From an uncultured Gemmatimonadaceae bacterium (lineage in GTDB: Bacteria > Gemmatimonadota > Gemmatimonadetes > Gemmatimonadales > Gemmatimonadaceae), in NCBI GenBank assembly GCA_963751275.1, contig CAVVTZ010000011.1:224001-288000 (forward strand): a stretch of 64,000 nucleotides of DNA. The letters are read 5' to 3'. The stretch's first letter is position 1; every line of letters begins with the position of its first letter. A program made the translations under genes and the position numbers. Positions 13,109-24,475 of the stretch are shown in pieces. The notes under the pieces are model-generated. The model did no database searches. It was not told the origin of the DNA and saw nothing but the letters and a program-made list of their open reading frames with translations.

Positions 13109-13609
13109 GCGCGCACGAGACGACCGAAGCGTACCGGAAGGTCTTCACGGGCGCGACGAAGCAGGAACTCGACGGCATCCTCGCCCGCTACCCCACGAAG
13201 ATGGCGGCGCTGCTGCCGGCGCTCTGGATCATCCAGCGCGAGCGCGGGTGGGTGAGCGACGACGGCATGGTGGAGGTCGCCGAGCAGCTCGGAGCTGACC
13301 CCCGCGTACGTGAAGGGCGTGGTCACCTTCTACACCATGTACCACCAGCATCCGGTGGGGAAGCATTTCATCCAGGTGTGCACCACGTCGCCCTGCGGCG
13401 CGTGCGGCGCGGAGAAGGTCGTGGACTCGCTGCTCAAGCACACCGGCTGCGGAGAGCTGGGCGCGACGTCGCCCGATGGGCGCTTCACGGTGATCGAGGT
13501 GGAATGCCTGGGTGCCTGCGGGTTCGTCACGCCGATCATGGTCAATGACGATTTCATCGAGTCCGTCACTCCCGACAAAGTCCCCCAGCTGCTGAGCCAG
13601 TACCGCTAA
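13105..13609 (+). CDS. nuoE: NADH-quinone oxidoreductase subunit E (indel near 13300)
   Basis: VTFYTMY, VCTTSPC and ECLGAC [2Fe-2S] ligands. Confidence 0.93.
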
Positions 13610-14919
13610 TGGGCTATCCGCATCGTTCGCATCCCAAGGAGACGCCGGTGCTCTCGAAGCACTTCGGCGATCCCCAGGCGAAGACGCTCGAGGGCTGGAA
13701 GCAGCGCGGCGGCTATCGCGCGCTCGAGCAGGCGCTCGGGATGTCGCCGGCCGACATCGTGAACGTGGTGAAGGAATCGGGATTGCGCGGCCGCGGCGGC
13801 GCGGGGTTCCCCACGGGGATGAAGTGGTCGTTCATGAAGCCGGGCGACGGCAAGCCGCATTATCTCTGCGTGAACGCCGACGAATCGGAGCCGGGCACCT
13901 TCAAGGACCGCGAACTGATGCGCTGGACGCCGCACGCCCTCGTGGAAGGGGCGGCGATCGCCGCGCACGCGATCGGCGCGGAGACCACGTACATCTACAT
14001 CCGCGGCGAGTTCACGGAGTGCGTGAAGACCGTGGAGGCCGCGGTCAAGGAAGCGTACGCCGCGGGCATCCTCGGCGCGCGCGCCATGGGCACCGATCAC
14101 AAGATCGAGATGCACGTGCATCGCGGCGCGGGCGCGTACATCTGCGGCGAGGAGACGGCGCTGATGAACTCGCTCGAGGGCAAGCGCGGCAATCCCCGGA
14201 TCAAGCCGCCCTTCCCGGCGGTGGCGGGGGTGTTCGGCATGCCCACCACGATCAACAACGTGGAGACGCTCTGCGCGGTGCCGCACATCCTCACGAATGG
14301 CGCCGCCTGGTACAAGGCGCTCTCGCTCTCGAGCCCGAAGAGCACCGGCACCAAGCTCTTCTCGGTGTGCGGCAACATCGCGCGCCCGGGGAACTACGAG
14401 GTCACGCTCGGCTTCCCGTTCAAGGATTTCCTGTACGACCTGTGCGGCGGGCCGCTGCCGGGACGCCGCTTCAAGGCGGTGATCCCCGGCGGATCCTCGG
14501 TGCCCATCCAGACGATGGAAGAGGCCGAGGCGACGCTGATGGACTACGAGGGGTTCGTCGCCAAGGGCACGATGCTCGGCTCGGGCGGCGTGATCGTGTT
14601 CGACGATTCCGTGTGCATGGTGAAGATGATCGCGCGGTTGGCGCGCTTCTACGCGCACGAGAGCTGTGCGCAGTGCACGCAGTGCCGCGAAGGCACGGCG
14701 TGGACCACGCGCATCCTGAACCGCATCGAGGCCGGCGGCGGCACGAAGCAGGACCTCGACACGCTGCTCGAACTCTCCGACAGCATGACGGGCAAGACGA
14801 TCTGCGTGCTGAGCGACTCGTGCGCGGCGCCGATCGTGAGCGGCATCCAGAAGTTCCGGCATGAGTTCGAGGCGCACATCAGCGGCAAGGCCTGCCCGCT
14901 GAGCGCGGCGGCGGCCTGA
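13609..14919 (+). CDS. nuoF: NADH-quinone oxidoreductase subunit F
   Basis: GLRGRGGAGFP, NADESEPGTFKD, GAGAYICGEETAL and ESCAQCTQCREG. Confidence 0.98.
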   Translation: MGYPHRSHPKETPVLSKHFGDPQAKTLEGWKQRGGYRALEQALGMSPADIVNVVKESGLRGRGGAGFPTGMKWSFMKPGDGKPHYLCVNADESEPGTFKDRELMRWTPHALVEGAAIAAHAIGAETTYIYIRGEFTECVKTVEAAVKEAYAAGILGARAMGTDHKIEMHVHRGAGAYICGEETALMNSLEGKRGNPRIKPPFPAVAGVFGMPTTINNVETLCAVPHILTNGAAWYKALSLSSPKSTGTKLFSVCGNIARPGNYEVTLGFPFKDFLYDLCGGPLPGRRFKAVIPGGSSVPIQTMEEAEATLMDYEGFVAKGTMLGSGGVIVFDDSVCMVKMIARLARFYAHESCAQCTQCREGTAWTTRILNRIEAGGGTKQDLDTLLELSDSMTGKTICVLSDSCAAPIVSGIQKFRHEFEAHISGKACPLSAAAA

Positions 14920-16496
14920 TGGCGGACACCGCGATGGTCAACCTCACGATCGAAGGGCGCACGGTGAGCGTGCCCGCCGGCACGTCGATCCTCGAAGCGG
15001 CGAAGTACGCGGGCGTGCTGATCCCGCACTACTGCTACCATCCGTCGCTGCCCGTGGCGGGCGTGTGCCGAATGTGCCTCGTGGAAGTGGAGAAGGCGCC
15101 GAAGCTCGCGCCGGCCTGCGCGACCGCCGCCGGTGAAGGGCAGGTGGTGCACGTCTACTCCAAGGCGGCGCTCGAGGCGCGGAAGGGCGTGCTCGAGTTC
15201 CTGCTCATCAATCATCCGCTCGACTGCCCGATCTGCGACCAGGCGGGCGAGTGCGAGCTGCAGGACTACACGTTCCGCGAGGGGCGCGCCGAGGGGCGGC
15301 TGGGCCCGGAACCCAAGCGCTTCAATCCGGCGGAGGATTTCGGCGGCGACGTCCTGTACGTCACGAACCGCTGCATCCTCTGCACGCGCTGCGTGCGTTT
15401 CATGGACGACGTCGCGCACGACAACGTGCTGAATGTGAGCGAGCGCGGCGATCGCGCCGTGATCGGCAAGTTCGAAGGGCGCGACCTCACGAATCCGTGG
15501 GCCGCGAACGTGATCGACCTCTGCCCGGTGGGCGCGCTCGTCTCGAAGGATTTCCTGAACAAGGCGCGCGCGTGGGAGCTCGACCGCACGCCGAGCATCT
15601 GCCCGGGCTGCTCGCAGGGGTGCAACACCACGCTCGAGACGCGCGATAACATGGTGGTGCGCATCAAGCCGCGGCAGAACGGCGCGGTGAACCAGTTCTT
15701 CATCTGCGACACGGGCCGCTTCGACTATCGCCATTACAACCGCGCCGACCGTCTGGAGGCGCCGCTCGTGCGCCATCACGGCGACCGGCTGACCGCCGCC
15801 GACTGGGAGACATCGCTGAAGGCCGCCGCGATGCACCTGAATGGCAAGCGCGTGCACGCGGTGGTGAACCCGAAACTCTCCACCGAGTCGCTCTGGATGA
15901 TCTCGCGCCTGGTCAAGAAGACGGGCGGGCGGGGTGCGTTCCGCGTGATGCAGGGCGCCGAGGCGCCGCTGCCCGGCGTGCCGGACCTCGCGCTTCGCGC
16001 CGAGCGCGCGGCGAACGCGCGCGCGGCGGAGATGTTCGGCTTCACGCGCTCTGACCGGCCGCTCGATGGGATCCAGCAGGGTGACGTGCTCCTGATCGCC
16101 GAGGACGAGCTCTCCGACGCCGACACGGCCGCCCTCGCGCGCGCGAGCGCGGTGATCGTCATCGGCACGCACCTGAGCGACGCCGTGCGCAGTGCGATCA
16201 TCGCGCTGCCCGCGACGAATATGGCCGAAGAGGATGGCACCTTCGTGAATCTCCGCGGCCGCGTCCAGCGGTACCAGCAGGCGAAGGCGGCGCCGGGCAT
16301 GGCGCGCCCCGTCTGGTGGGCGATGGCGGATCTCCTCGCCTATCTCGGCGAGAGCGCGAACTACTTCACGGCGGCCGATGCGTTCGCGGCGCTTGCGGGT
16401 GTGCGCCCGGAGTTCGCCGGCCTGAGCTACGATGCCTTGGGGACGTCGGGCCGGATGCTCCAGGGCGCCGCCGCTCCCGCGGGAGCCGCGCGATGA
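14919..16496 (+). CDS. nuoG: NADH-quinone oxidoreductase subunit G (short form, 525 aa)
   Basis: CYHP...CRMC, HPLDCPICDQAGEC, CILCTRC and CPGCSQGC. Confidence 0.93.
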   Translation: MADTAMVNLTIEGRTVSVPAGTSILEAAKYAGVLIPHYCYHPSLPVAGVCRMCLVEVEKAPKLAPACATAAGEGQVVHVYSKAALEARKGVLEFLLINHPLDCPICDQAGECELQDYTFREGRAEGRLGPEPKRFNPAEDFGGDVLYVTNRCILCTRCVRFMDDVAHDNVLNVSERGDRAVIGKFEGRDLTNPWAANVIDLCPVGALVSKDFLNKARAWELDRTPSICPGCSQGCNTTLETRDNMVVRIKPRQNGAVNQFFICDTGRFDYRHYNRADRLEAPLVRHHGDRLTAADWETSLKAAAMHLNGKRVHAVVNPKLSTESLWMISRLVKKTGGRGAFRVMQGAEAPLPGVPDLALRAERAANARAAEMFGFTRSDRPLDGIQQGDVLLIAEDELSDADTAALARASAVIVIGTHLSDAVRSAIIALPATNMAEEDGTFVNLRGRVQRYQQAKAAPGMARPVWWAMADLLAYLGESANYFTAADAFAALAGVRPEFAGLSYDALGTSGRMLQGAAAPAGAAR

Positions 16497-17821
16497 AGGG
16501 ATCGTTCGCGCTCCTCGCGCTCCAGCAGTACTGGGACCCGAACGCCGCGGTGTCGGGCGTGCCCTGGCTGATCGCCGCGGTCGTGAAGATGCTCATCGTC
16601 TTCACCATCCTGATGGTGGGCGTCGCGATGCTCACGCTCGCGGAGCGGAAGATCTCGGCGTGGATCCAGGACCGCTACGGCCCGAATCGCGTGGGACCGA
16701 GCGGACTGCTCCAGCCGGCGGCCGACGGCCTCAAGAACATCATGAAGGAGGAGACGTATCCCGCCGGCGCGAACATGGCGCTCTTCATCATCGCGCCCAT
16801 CCTCTCGTTCATTCCGGCGCTGATCACCTTCTCGGTGATCCCCTTCGGCTCGCCCTTCCCGACGCCGTGGGGATACGTGCCGCTCGTGATCGGGGAGGTG
16901 CCGATCGGATTCCTGTTCATCATCGCGATCTCCTCGATCGGCGTGTACGGCGTGGTGCTCGCGGGGTGGAGCTCGAACAACAAGTACGCGCTGCTCGGCG
17001 GGCTGCGCTCGAGCGCGCAGATGATCAGCTACGAGATCGCGATGGGGATGTCGCTCGTCGCGGTGCTGCTCATGTCCGGCAACGTCTCGCTCGGCGCGAT
17101 CGTGCGCCAGCAGCAGACGATGGGCTGGAACTGTTTCCCGCTGCTGATCGGGATGTTCATCTTCCTCGTGGCGGGTTTCGCCGAGACGAACCGGCTGCCC
17201 TTCGACCTCCCCGAGGCGGAATCGGAGCTGATCGCCGGGTACCACACCGAGTACAGCGCGATGAAGTTCTCGATGTTCTTCATCGCCGAGTACTCGAACA
17301 TGGTGACCGTGTGCGCGCTGATGGTCACGCTGTTCTGGGGCGGATGGGACATCCCGATGACGCAATGGGACAACATCCCGCCGTGGACGGTGCTGAAGAG
17401 TCTCGCGACGATGGCGTTCTTCTCGGTGAAGATGGTGTTCTTCCTGTTCGCCTTCATGTGGGTGCGCTGGACGCTGCCGCGGTTCCGGTACGATCAGTTG
17501 ATGTCGCTCGGATGGCGCTTCCTGCTGCCGCTCTCGCTGGGGTACATCACGGTCACGGCGACCGCGATCCTCGGGCTCGATTGGCTCGGAGTGCAGCGCG
17601 GCGTGCCGGCGAGCGGCTTCATGCATTCCATCGGCGCGTCGCCGTTCTGGGCGGCGCTGGGTTTCCTGAACGTGCTGCTGGCGGTCGGTGTGTTCTTCAT
17701 CCTCGACCGCGGCCGCATCCTGAGCCCCGCGTATTCGCGCATCTCGATGCGCCAGCTCGCCGCGCTCCGCGCGATGAGCGTGGCGTCCCCGATCTCCCCG
17801 CCGGTCTCGGAGACCGACTGA
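16493..17821 (+). CDS. nuoH: NADH-quinone oxidoreductase subunit H
   Basis: ERK...QDRYGPNRVG, ADGLK and AETNRLPFDLPEAESEL; carries an extended C-terminal TM region. Confidence 0.97.
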   Translation: MKGSFALLALQQYWDPNAAVSGVPWLIAAVVKMLIVFTILMVGVAMLTLAERKISAWIQDRYGPNRVGPSGLLQPAADGLKNIMKEETYPAGANMALFIIAPILSFIPALITFSVIPFGSPFPTPWGYVPLVIGEVPIGFLFIIAISSIGVYGVVLAGWSSNNKYALLGGLRSSAQMISYEIAMGMSLVAVLLMSGNVSLGAIVRQQQTMGWNCFPLLIGMFIFLVAGFAETNRLPFDLPEAESELIAGYHTEYSAMKFSMFFIAEYSNMVTVCALMVTLFWGGWDIPMTQWDNIPPWTVLKSLATMAFFSVKMVFFLFAFMWVRWTLPRFRYDQLMSLGWRFLLPLSLGYITVTATAILGLDWLGVQRGVPASGFMHSIGASPFWAALGFLNVLLAVGVFFILDRGRILSPAYSRISMRQLAALRAMSVASPISPPVSETD

Positions 17822-17822
17822 C

Positions 17823-18320
17823 ATGCCGATCCAGGTGAAGGTCGTGCCGCGCCCGATCGCCGAGGCGAGCTACGTCCGCGCGATGCTGAGCGGGCTCGCG
17901 CTCACGTTCAAGCACATGGTGAACCCGCACAAGGTGACGCTCCAGTTCCCCGAGGAGAAATGGGACCTGTCGCCGCGTTGGCGCGGCACGCACCGGATGC
18001 TCACCGACGAGACGGGGAAGGCCAAGTGCGTCGCCTGTGGCCTCTGTCCGCAGGTGTGCCCCGCGAACTGCATCAAGCTCGTGCCGGGCGAGGACGAGGA
18101 AGGGAACCGCTATCCGCTCGTGTACGAGATCGATGAGTTCCGCTGCATCTTCTGCGGCTATTGCCAGGAAGTGTGCCCGGAGGAGGCGATCCACGTGGGG
18201 CGGCACTATGAGAACGCGGAGTACAGCCGCGACCGCTTCGTCTACGATCTGCCGCGCCTGATGGCGCAGACGCATCCGGTGTCCGAGCTGTGGGACCCGG
18301 CCTACCCGAAGGGCGAATGA
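17823..18320 (+). CDS. nuoI: NADH-quinone oxidoreductase subunit I
   Basis: Two CxxCxxCxxxCP motifs. Confidence 0.97.
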   Translation: MPIQVKVVPRPIAEASYVRAMLSGLALTFKHMVNPHKVTLQFPEEKWDLSPRWRGTHRMLTDETGKAKCVACGLCPQVCPANCIKLVPGEDEEGNRYPLVYEIDEFRCIFCGYCQEVCPEEAIHVGRHYENAEYSRDRFVYDLPRLMAQTHPVSELWDPAYPKGE

Positions 18321-18829
18321 ACCACGGCCTCGTCTTCCAGTTCCACTTCTATCTCTTCGGCATCCTCGCGGTGGCGGGAGCGCTGCTGTTCGTCACGCGC
18401 AGGAGTCCGGTGGCCGCCGCGCTCTGGCTGGTCAATGTGATGTTCTGCATCTCGGCGATGTTCCTGATGCTCGACGCGCAGTTCATCGCGGCGATCCAGG
18501 TGCTCGTGTACGCCGGTGCCATCATGGTCGTGTTCATGTTCGTGGTCATGCTGCTGAACCTCGGCAGCCCCTCGGACGTCGCGGACCTCCGCGGACGCGG
18601 CGTGCGCATCACCGCCGGGATCGTGGGGCTGGCGATGCTCGCCGAGGTGCTCGTGCTCGCGCGCGCCCAACTGCCGCCGGTGCTCGACGCGCCGTCCGCG
18701 GGCGCGAACGTCACGACGGCCATCGCCGGCCCGCTCTTCCGGGAATACCTGCTGCCGTTCGAGCTGACCAGCGTGCTGCTCCTCGCCGCGATCGTCGGCG
18801 CGGTGGTGCTCGCCAAGCGGAAGGTGTGA
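18317..18829 (+). CDS. nuoJ: NADH-quinone oxidoreductase subunit J
   Basis: QVLVYAGAIMV and LPFELTSVLLL. Confidence 0.96.
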   Translation: MNHGLVFQFHFYLFGILAVAGALLFVTRRSPVAAALWLVNVMFCISAMFLMLDAQFIAAIQVLVYAGAIMVVFMFVVMLLNLGSPSDVADLRGRGVRITAGIVGLAMLAEVLVLARAQLPPVLDAPSAGANVTTAIAGPLFREYLLPFELTSVLLLAAIVGAVVLAKRKV

Positions 18830-18832
18830 GCG

Positions 18833-19126
18833 ATGGTCACTGAGGCCCTCTTCTTCTCGGCCATCCTGTTCGTGATCGGCGTCGTGGGCGTCCTCACGCG
18901 CCGGAACGCGATCCTGATCTTCATGTGCGTCGAGCTCATGCTCAACGCGGTGAATCTGTCGTTCATCGCGTTCTCCCGGCTGCATGGCGTGGCCGGCCAG
19001 GTGTTCGTCGTATTCGTGATGACCGTCGCCGCGGCCGAGGCCGCCGTCGGGCTCGCGATCATCATCTCGATCTTCCGGCACTACGAGAGTGTCGACCTCC
19101 GCAACATCAATCTCCTGAAAGGGTGA
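18833..19126 (+). CDS. nuoK: NADH-quinone oxidoreductase subunit K
   Basis: RRNA...CVELMLNA and [11 protein letters not shown]. Confidence 0.97.
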   Translation: MVTEALFFSAILFVIGVVGVLTRRNAILIFMCVELMLNAVNLSFIAFSRLHGVAGQVFVVFVMTVAAAEAAVGLAIIISIFRHYESVDLRNINLLKG

Positions 19127-21338
19127 TGCCCCTGCCGCTCATTCTTGCCGTGGCGGGGATGCAACCGCTGGCGGGCAGCGCCGCGGATTGGCTCTGGCTG
19201 CTGCCCGTGCTGCCGCTCCTCGGCTTCGTGGTTAATGGATTGCTCTCGGTGGCCGGCTCGTACCACGTGGGTCCGGCCGATCCGTCGGCGGCGGCGCACG
19301 GGAGCACCGACTTGCACGACGCTGCACACGGGAGCGCGCACGGGAGCGCGCACGGGAGCGCGCACGGCGACGATCATCATGCCTCGGTGCGCCATCGCTT
19401 CGCCGGCGCGGCGACGATCATCGGACCGGCGGTGCTGATCGCGGCGTTCGGACTCGCACTCGCGATCTTCTCGGCGATGCTCGGGGCGGGGGAGCTGCAT
19501 CAGCCGCTCGTGCAGCGCTACTTCAGCTGGATGCCGGTGGGCGACCTGCAGATCGACTTCGCCTTCCAGCTCGACCAGCTGTCGATGGTGATGGTGCTCG
19601 TGATCACGGGCGTCGGCAGCCTGATCCATCTGTTCAGCGTCGGCTACATGCGCGAGGATCCCGGCTATCCGCGCTTCTTCGCCTACCTGAATCTGTTCGT
19701 CGCCTTCATGCTCGTGCTGGTGCTCGGCGCGAGCTACCCGGTGCTGTTCATCGGGTGGGAAGGCGTCGGACTCTGCTCGTATCTGCTCATCGGGTTCTGG
19801 TTCACGGACCAGGCGAACGCCGACGCAGGCAAGAAGGCGTTCATCGTCAACCGGATCGGCGACTTCGGCTTCCTGGTCGCGATGTTCATGCTGTGGACGA
19901 ATCTGCACGCGCTCGATTTCGCGGGCGTGCAGGCGGCGGCGCCGGCGCTCGAGATGGGCGGCGCGCTCGTCACGGCGATCTGTCTCTTCATGTTCCTCGG
20001 CTGTACCGGCAAGAGCGCCCAGATCCCGCTGTATATCTGGCTGCCCGACGCGATGGCGGGACCGACGCCGGTGTCCGCGCTGATCCACGCGGCGACGATG
20101 GTCACCGCGGGCGTGTATCTGATCGCGCGCAGCGGCTTCCTCTTCGCGATGGCGCCCGTGGCGGGACTCACCGTGGCCGTCGTCGGCGCGGTGACGGCGC
20201 TGTTCGCGGCGACGATCGCGAATGAAGCAGTGGGACATCAAGAAGGTGCTCGCGTACTCCACCGTTTCGCAGCTCGGCTACATGTTCGTCGGCGGTCGGG
20301 GTGGGCGCATACGCGGCGGGGATGTTCCACCTCGTGACGCATGCGTTCTTCAAGGCGCTGCTCTTCCTCGGCGCCGGGTCCGTGATCCACGCGATGCACG
20401 CGGCCTATCACCACGCCGGCAGCGACGACGATGCGCAGGACATGCGCAACATGGGCGGGCTGAAGAAGTACATGCCCTGGACGTTCGTGCTCATGTGGAT
20501 CGCGACGCTCGCGATCTCGGGGATCCCGCTCTTCTCCGGTTTCTTCTCGAAGGACGGCATCCTCACGGCGGCCCTCGAGCGCTCCGAGGGATCGACGCTG
20601 GCGAGCGCGAGCCTGCTGGGGATCCCCGGACACGCGGTGCTGGTGGGCGTGTACGCGATGGGCCTCGCCGCGGCGTTGCTCACGGCGATCTACATGACGC
20701 GGTTGATGCTCTACACCTTCCACGGCCCCAACCGTACTGGCGAGCAGGAACGCGCCGCGCTGCACGAGGCGCCCTGGATCATGACCGGCCCGCTCGTGGT
20801 GCTCGGCGTGCTGGCGGCCGTGGGCGGTTGGCTGAACGTCCCCGCGCTGCTGCATTTCCTGGGGCCGGTCGGACTGCTCGAGCACTGGCTGGCGCCCGTG
20901 ACCGGCGCCGCCATGGCGGCGGTCGGCGCTCCGGCCGAGGTCGCCGTGAGCACCGAATGGCTGTTGATCGGTGTCGCGGTGGCGATCGCCATCACCGGCA
21001 TGGCGATCGCGTTCGTGCGGCTCAAGCCCGCCGTGCTCGTCCCGAAGCGCATGGCGCGCCCCGAGACGGGCTTCGGTCTCGTGCTCGAGAACAAGTATTA
21101 CGTGGACGAGATCTACGACCGTGTGATCGTCTCGCCCGTGGTGGACGGATCGCGCGTGCTCCTGTGGAAGGTGGCCGATCAAGGGATCATCGACGGGCTG
21201 TTCGTGAATGGCGCGGCGCTCGTGTCGCGCGCGTTGGGCTGGATCGGGTCGCGATTGGAGACCGGCCAGTTGGGCGAGTACGCCTGGGCGCTCGCGCTCG
21301 GAGCGCTCGCCGTGATCGCCGCCTTCATCCGCCGCTGA
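19126..21338 (+). CDS. nuoL: NADH-quinone oxidoreductase subunit L (indels near 20220 and 20295)
   Basis: [43 protein letters not shown] and HAFFKALLFL. Confidence 0.95.
19327..19362 (+). repeat. In-frame 12-bp tandem repeat (CACGGGAGCGCG)x3 in nuoL
   Basis: Three perfect copies encoding HGSA. Confidence 0.9.
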
Positions 21339-21341
21339 CCG

Positions 21342-22907
21342 ATGCGTGAATTCCTGATCTCCTCCGGGTACGAATACTGGATCCTGCCGGCGCTGCTGCT
21401 CATCCCGCTCGCCGGGTCGCTGGTGCTGCTGCTCATGGGCGCCGGCGCGCGCGACGACGGCGGCATCGAGGGTGCGGGCTCGGCGCGGTGGGTCGCGCTG
21501 ATCACGTTCACGGCCGAATTCGTGCTGAGCCTCGGCCTCTGGTGGACCTTCGATCCGCACGCCGTCGGCTGGCAGAACGCCTGGCAAGCGCAGTGGATCG
21601 TTCCGTGGCACGCGAACATCACGCTCGGGATCGACGGGCTCTCCCTGTTCATGATCCTGCTGACGACCTTCCTCATGCCGCTCGTCGTGCTCGGCGGCTG
21701 GACGAGCGTCCGCAAGAAGCTGCGCACGTACTACGCGCTGATGCTGGTGCTCACCACCGGCATGCTCGGCGTCTTCATGGCGCTGGACATGCTGCTCTTC
21801 TATGTGATGTGGGAAGTGATGCTCGTGCCGATGTACTTCATCATCGGCATCTGGGGCGGGGAACGCCGGATCTACGCCAGCATCAAGTTCTTCATCTACA
21901 CGATGATCGGGTCGCTCCTGATGCTGGTCGCGATCATCTACATGTGGAACGCCGCCGGGCAGAACTTCAGTTACGAGATGATGCGCACGTTGGCGTTCGG
22001 CCCGCGCACCTCGCTGCTGCTCTTCACCGCCTTTGCGCTCGCGTTCGCGGTGAAGGTGCCGATGTTCCCGTTCCACACCTGGCTGCCGGATGCGCACGTC
22101 GAGGCGCCCACCGGCGGATCGGTCGTGCTGGCGTCCATCATGCTGAAGATGGGGACGTACGGGTTCCTGCGCTTCGCCGTGCCGTTCTTCCCGCTGGTGG
22201 CGATGACGCCGTTCGTGCGCAACCTCATCCTCGCTCTCGCGGTGATCGGCATCATCTACGGCGCGCTCGTCGCGCTCGTGCAGCCGGACTTCAAGAAGCT
22301 CGTCGCGTACTCCTCGGTGAGCCATCTGGGGTTCGTGATGCTGGGCATCTTCGCCTTCAGCGTCCATGGCGTGCAGGGTGCGCTGATGGTCATGATCAAC
22401 CACGGGATCTCGACCGGCGCACTCTTCTTCCTCATCGGCATGCTCTACGAGCGCCGGCACACGCACCTGATCGCGGCGTTCGGCGGGATCACGAAGGTCG
22501 CGCCGCTCTTCGGGGCGTTCCTGGTGCTCGTGACGCTCTCGAGCATCGGCCTGCCGGGGACCAACGGCTTCGTGGGTGAGTTCCTCGTCCTGCTCGGCGC
22601 GTACGAGACGCAGCCGGTGCTCGCGGTGATCGCGACCACCGGCGTGATCTTCGCCGCGGCGTACCTGCTCTGGGCCATCCAGCGCGTGCTCTTCGGCAAG
22701 AACACGAATCCCGAGAATGCGCACCTCACCGACCTCAATTGGCGCGAGCTCACGGTCATGAGCGCGCTCACCATCGTGATCCTCTGGCTCGGCCTGTATC
22801 CGAAGCCGGTGCTCGACCGGATGCAGCCCGCGGCGGAACAGTTCGTTCGCTCCGTGGAGCACGCGCCCACGGGCCCGGTCGTGAACGGCCGCAGGGGGGC
22901 GCGCTAA
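21342..22907 (+). CDS. nuoM: NADH-quinone oxidoreductase subunit M
   Basis: FHTWLPDAHVEAPT, LKMGTYG and LVAYSSVSH. Confidence 0.97.
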   Translation: MREFLISSGYEYWILPALLLIPLAGSLVLLLMGAGARDDGGIEGAGSARWVALITFTAEFVLSLGLWWTFDPHAVGWQNAWQAQWIVPWHANITLGIDGLSLFMILLTTFLMPLVVLGGWTSVRKKLRTYYALMLVLTTGMLGVFMALDMLLFYVMWEVMLVPMYFIIGIWGGERRIYASIKFFIYTMIGSLLMLVAIIYMWNAAGQNFSYEMMRTLAFGPRTSLLLFTAFALAFAVKVPMFPFHTWLPDAHVEAPTGGSVVLASIMLKMGTYGFLRFAVPFFPLVAMTPFVRNLILALAVIGIIYGALVALVQPDFKKLVAYSSVSHLGFVMLGIFAFSVHGVQGALMVMINHGISTGALFFLIGMLYERRHTHLIAAFGGITKVAPLFGAFLVLVTLSSIGLPGTNGFVGEFLVLLGAYETQPVLAVIATTGVIFAAAYLLWAIQRVLFGKNTNPENAHLTDLNWRELTVMSALTIVILWLGLYPKPVLDRMQPAAEQFVRSVEHAPTGPVVNGRRGAR

Positions 22908-24429
22908 ATGTCCTTCGACCTGTCGATCCCCGGCCAGCTCGCGGCGGCGCTGACGCCCGACATGATCCTCATCGCGGGCGCGATGGCGCTGTTGCTCATC
23001 GTCGTCTGGCGTCCCGAGTCCGCGGCGCGCGACCGATCCGCCGGCGTACTCGCGCTGATCCTCTGTGCGATCACCGCCGCCTCCGTGATCTGGATGGCCG
23101 TCAGCGGCGCCAGCGCCGGGCCTGGCATGATCGCGGTGGACGGTTTCCGTTGGACGGTGGACTTGCTCGTGCTGCTCGCCACCGCGATCACCATCGCGCT
23201 CTCGATGGATGACAATCGCCGTGAGGGGATCGCGCTCGGCGAGGGGTACGTCATGGTACTCTTCGCGGCGGCGGGCATGATGGTGCTCGCCGCGGCGCGC
23301 GACCTGATCCTCGTCTTCCTCGGCATCGAGCTGATGTCGATCGCCGTGTATGTGCTGGCCGGCCTCAATCGCCGCAGCGCGCGCGCCGCCGAGGCGTCCC
23401 TCAAGTACTTCCTGCTCGGGGCGTTCGCCACCGGGTTCCTGCTCTATGGCATTGCCCTCGTGTACGGCGCCACGGGCTCCACGCAATTCAGCGCGATCGG
23501 CTCCCCGCAGAATGCTGCGCCGGGCATGTCGATCGTGCTGCTCGTGGGCGTGGCGATGCTCGTGGTGGGCTTCGGCTTCAAGATCGCCGCCGTTCCATTC
23601 CATATGTGGACGCCGGACGTCTACGAGGGCGCGCCCACGCCGTACACGGCATTCATGGCCGCCGGGGTCAAGACCGCCGCGTTCGCCGCGCTCATCCGCC
23701 TCTGGCTGGAGGCGTTCCCCGGGATCCGTGAGCATTGGATCCCCGTGATCTGGTGGCTCGCGGCGGCGACGATGATCTTCGGCAACCTCGTCGCGCTGCA
23801 GCAGAAGAACGTGAAGCGCATGCTGGCGTACTCGAGCATCGCGCACGCGGGCTATCTGCTCGTCGCGCTCGCAGCGGGGACCATCGCCGCCACATCGCAC
23901 GCTCGTCTTCTACATGGTCGCCTACACGTTGGCGACGATGGGCGCCTTCGCGGTGGTCGTCGCGGTGAGCCGGCCGGGGGAGCGGGGCCAGCGCGTGAGC
24001 GATCTCGAGGGGCTCTGGCAGTCCAGGCCGTGGCTCGCGTCGGCGATGGCGGTGTTCATGATGTCGCTGCTCGGCTTTCCGATCGCGGGCGGCATGGGCT
24101 TCTGGGCGAAGTGGTACGTGCTGAAGACGGCGCTCACCGGCGCGGTACCGCAGAATGCGCTCGCGGTGATTCTCGTGCTCACGAGCGTGATCTCCGCGGG
24201 CTACTATCTCGGCATCGTGCTGACGATGTACATGAAGCCGCTGGCGCCGGACGCGCCCCCCGCCGCTCCGACGCCGCGCCTCACCGGCTGGGTGATCGGG
24301 ATCTCGGCGGCCGCGCTGCTCTACTTCGGCGCGAATCCGGAATTCATGGTGCGTTTGGCGATCCTCAGCACGTCGGCGCCGACGCACCTGCAGCCGCCGT
24401 CGGGTCCGTCCTTCTTCCGGAAGCCGTAG
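22908..24429 (+). CDS. nuoN: NADH-quinone oxidoreductase subunit N (indel near 23895)
   Basis: EASLKYFLLG, FKIAAVPFHMWTPDVYEGAP and KRMLAYSSIAH; continues in ORF 23914-24429. Confidence 0.95.
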
Positions 24430-24475
24430 CGCCGGCGGCCGCCTCGCCGCGGTCTCGCAGCGCCACGCCGCTCTC

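Noticed and set aside
20238..23900. 1220-aa minus-strand ORF, and similar long antisense ORFs such as 60388-63963 and 24365-26557
   Set aside because: Antisense shadows of GC-rich genes (nuoLMN, YfhO-like, PMM); R/H/A-rich with no recognisable motifs
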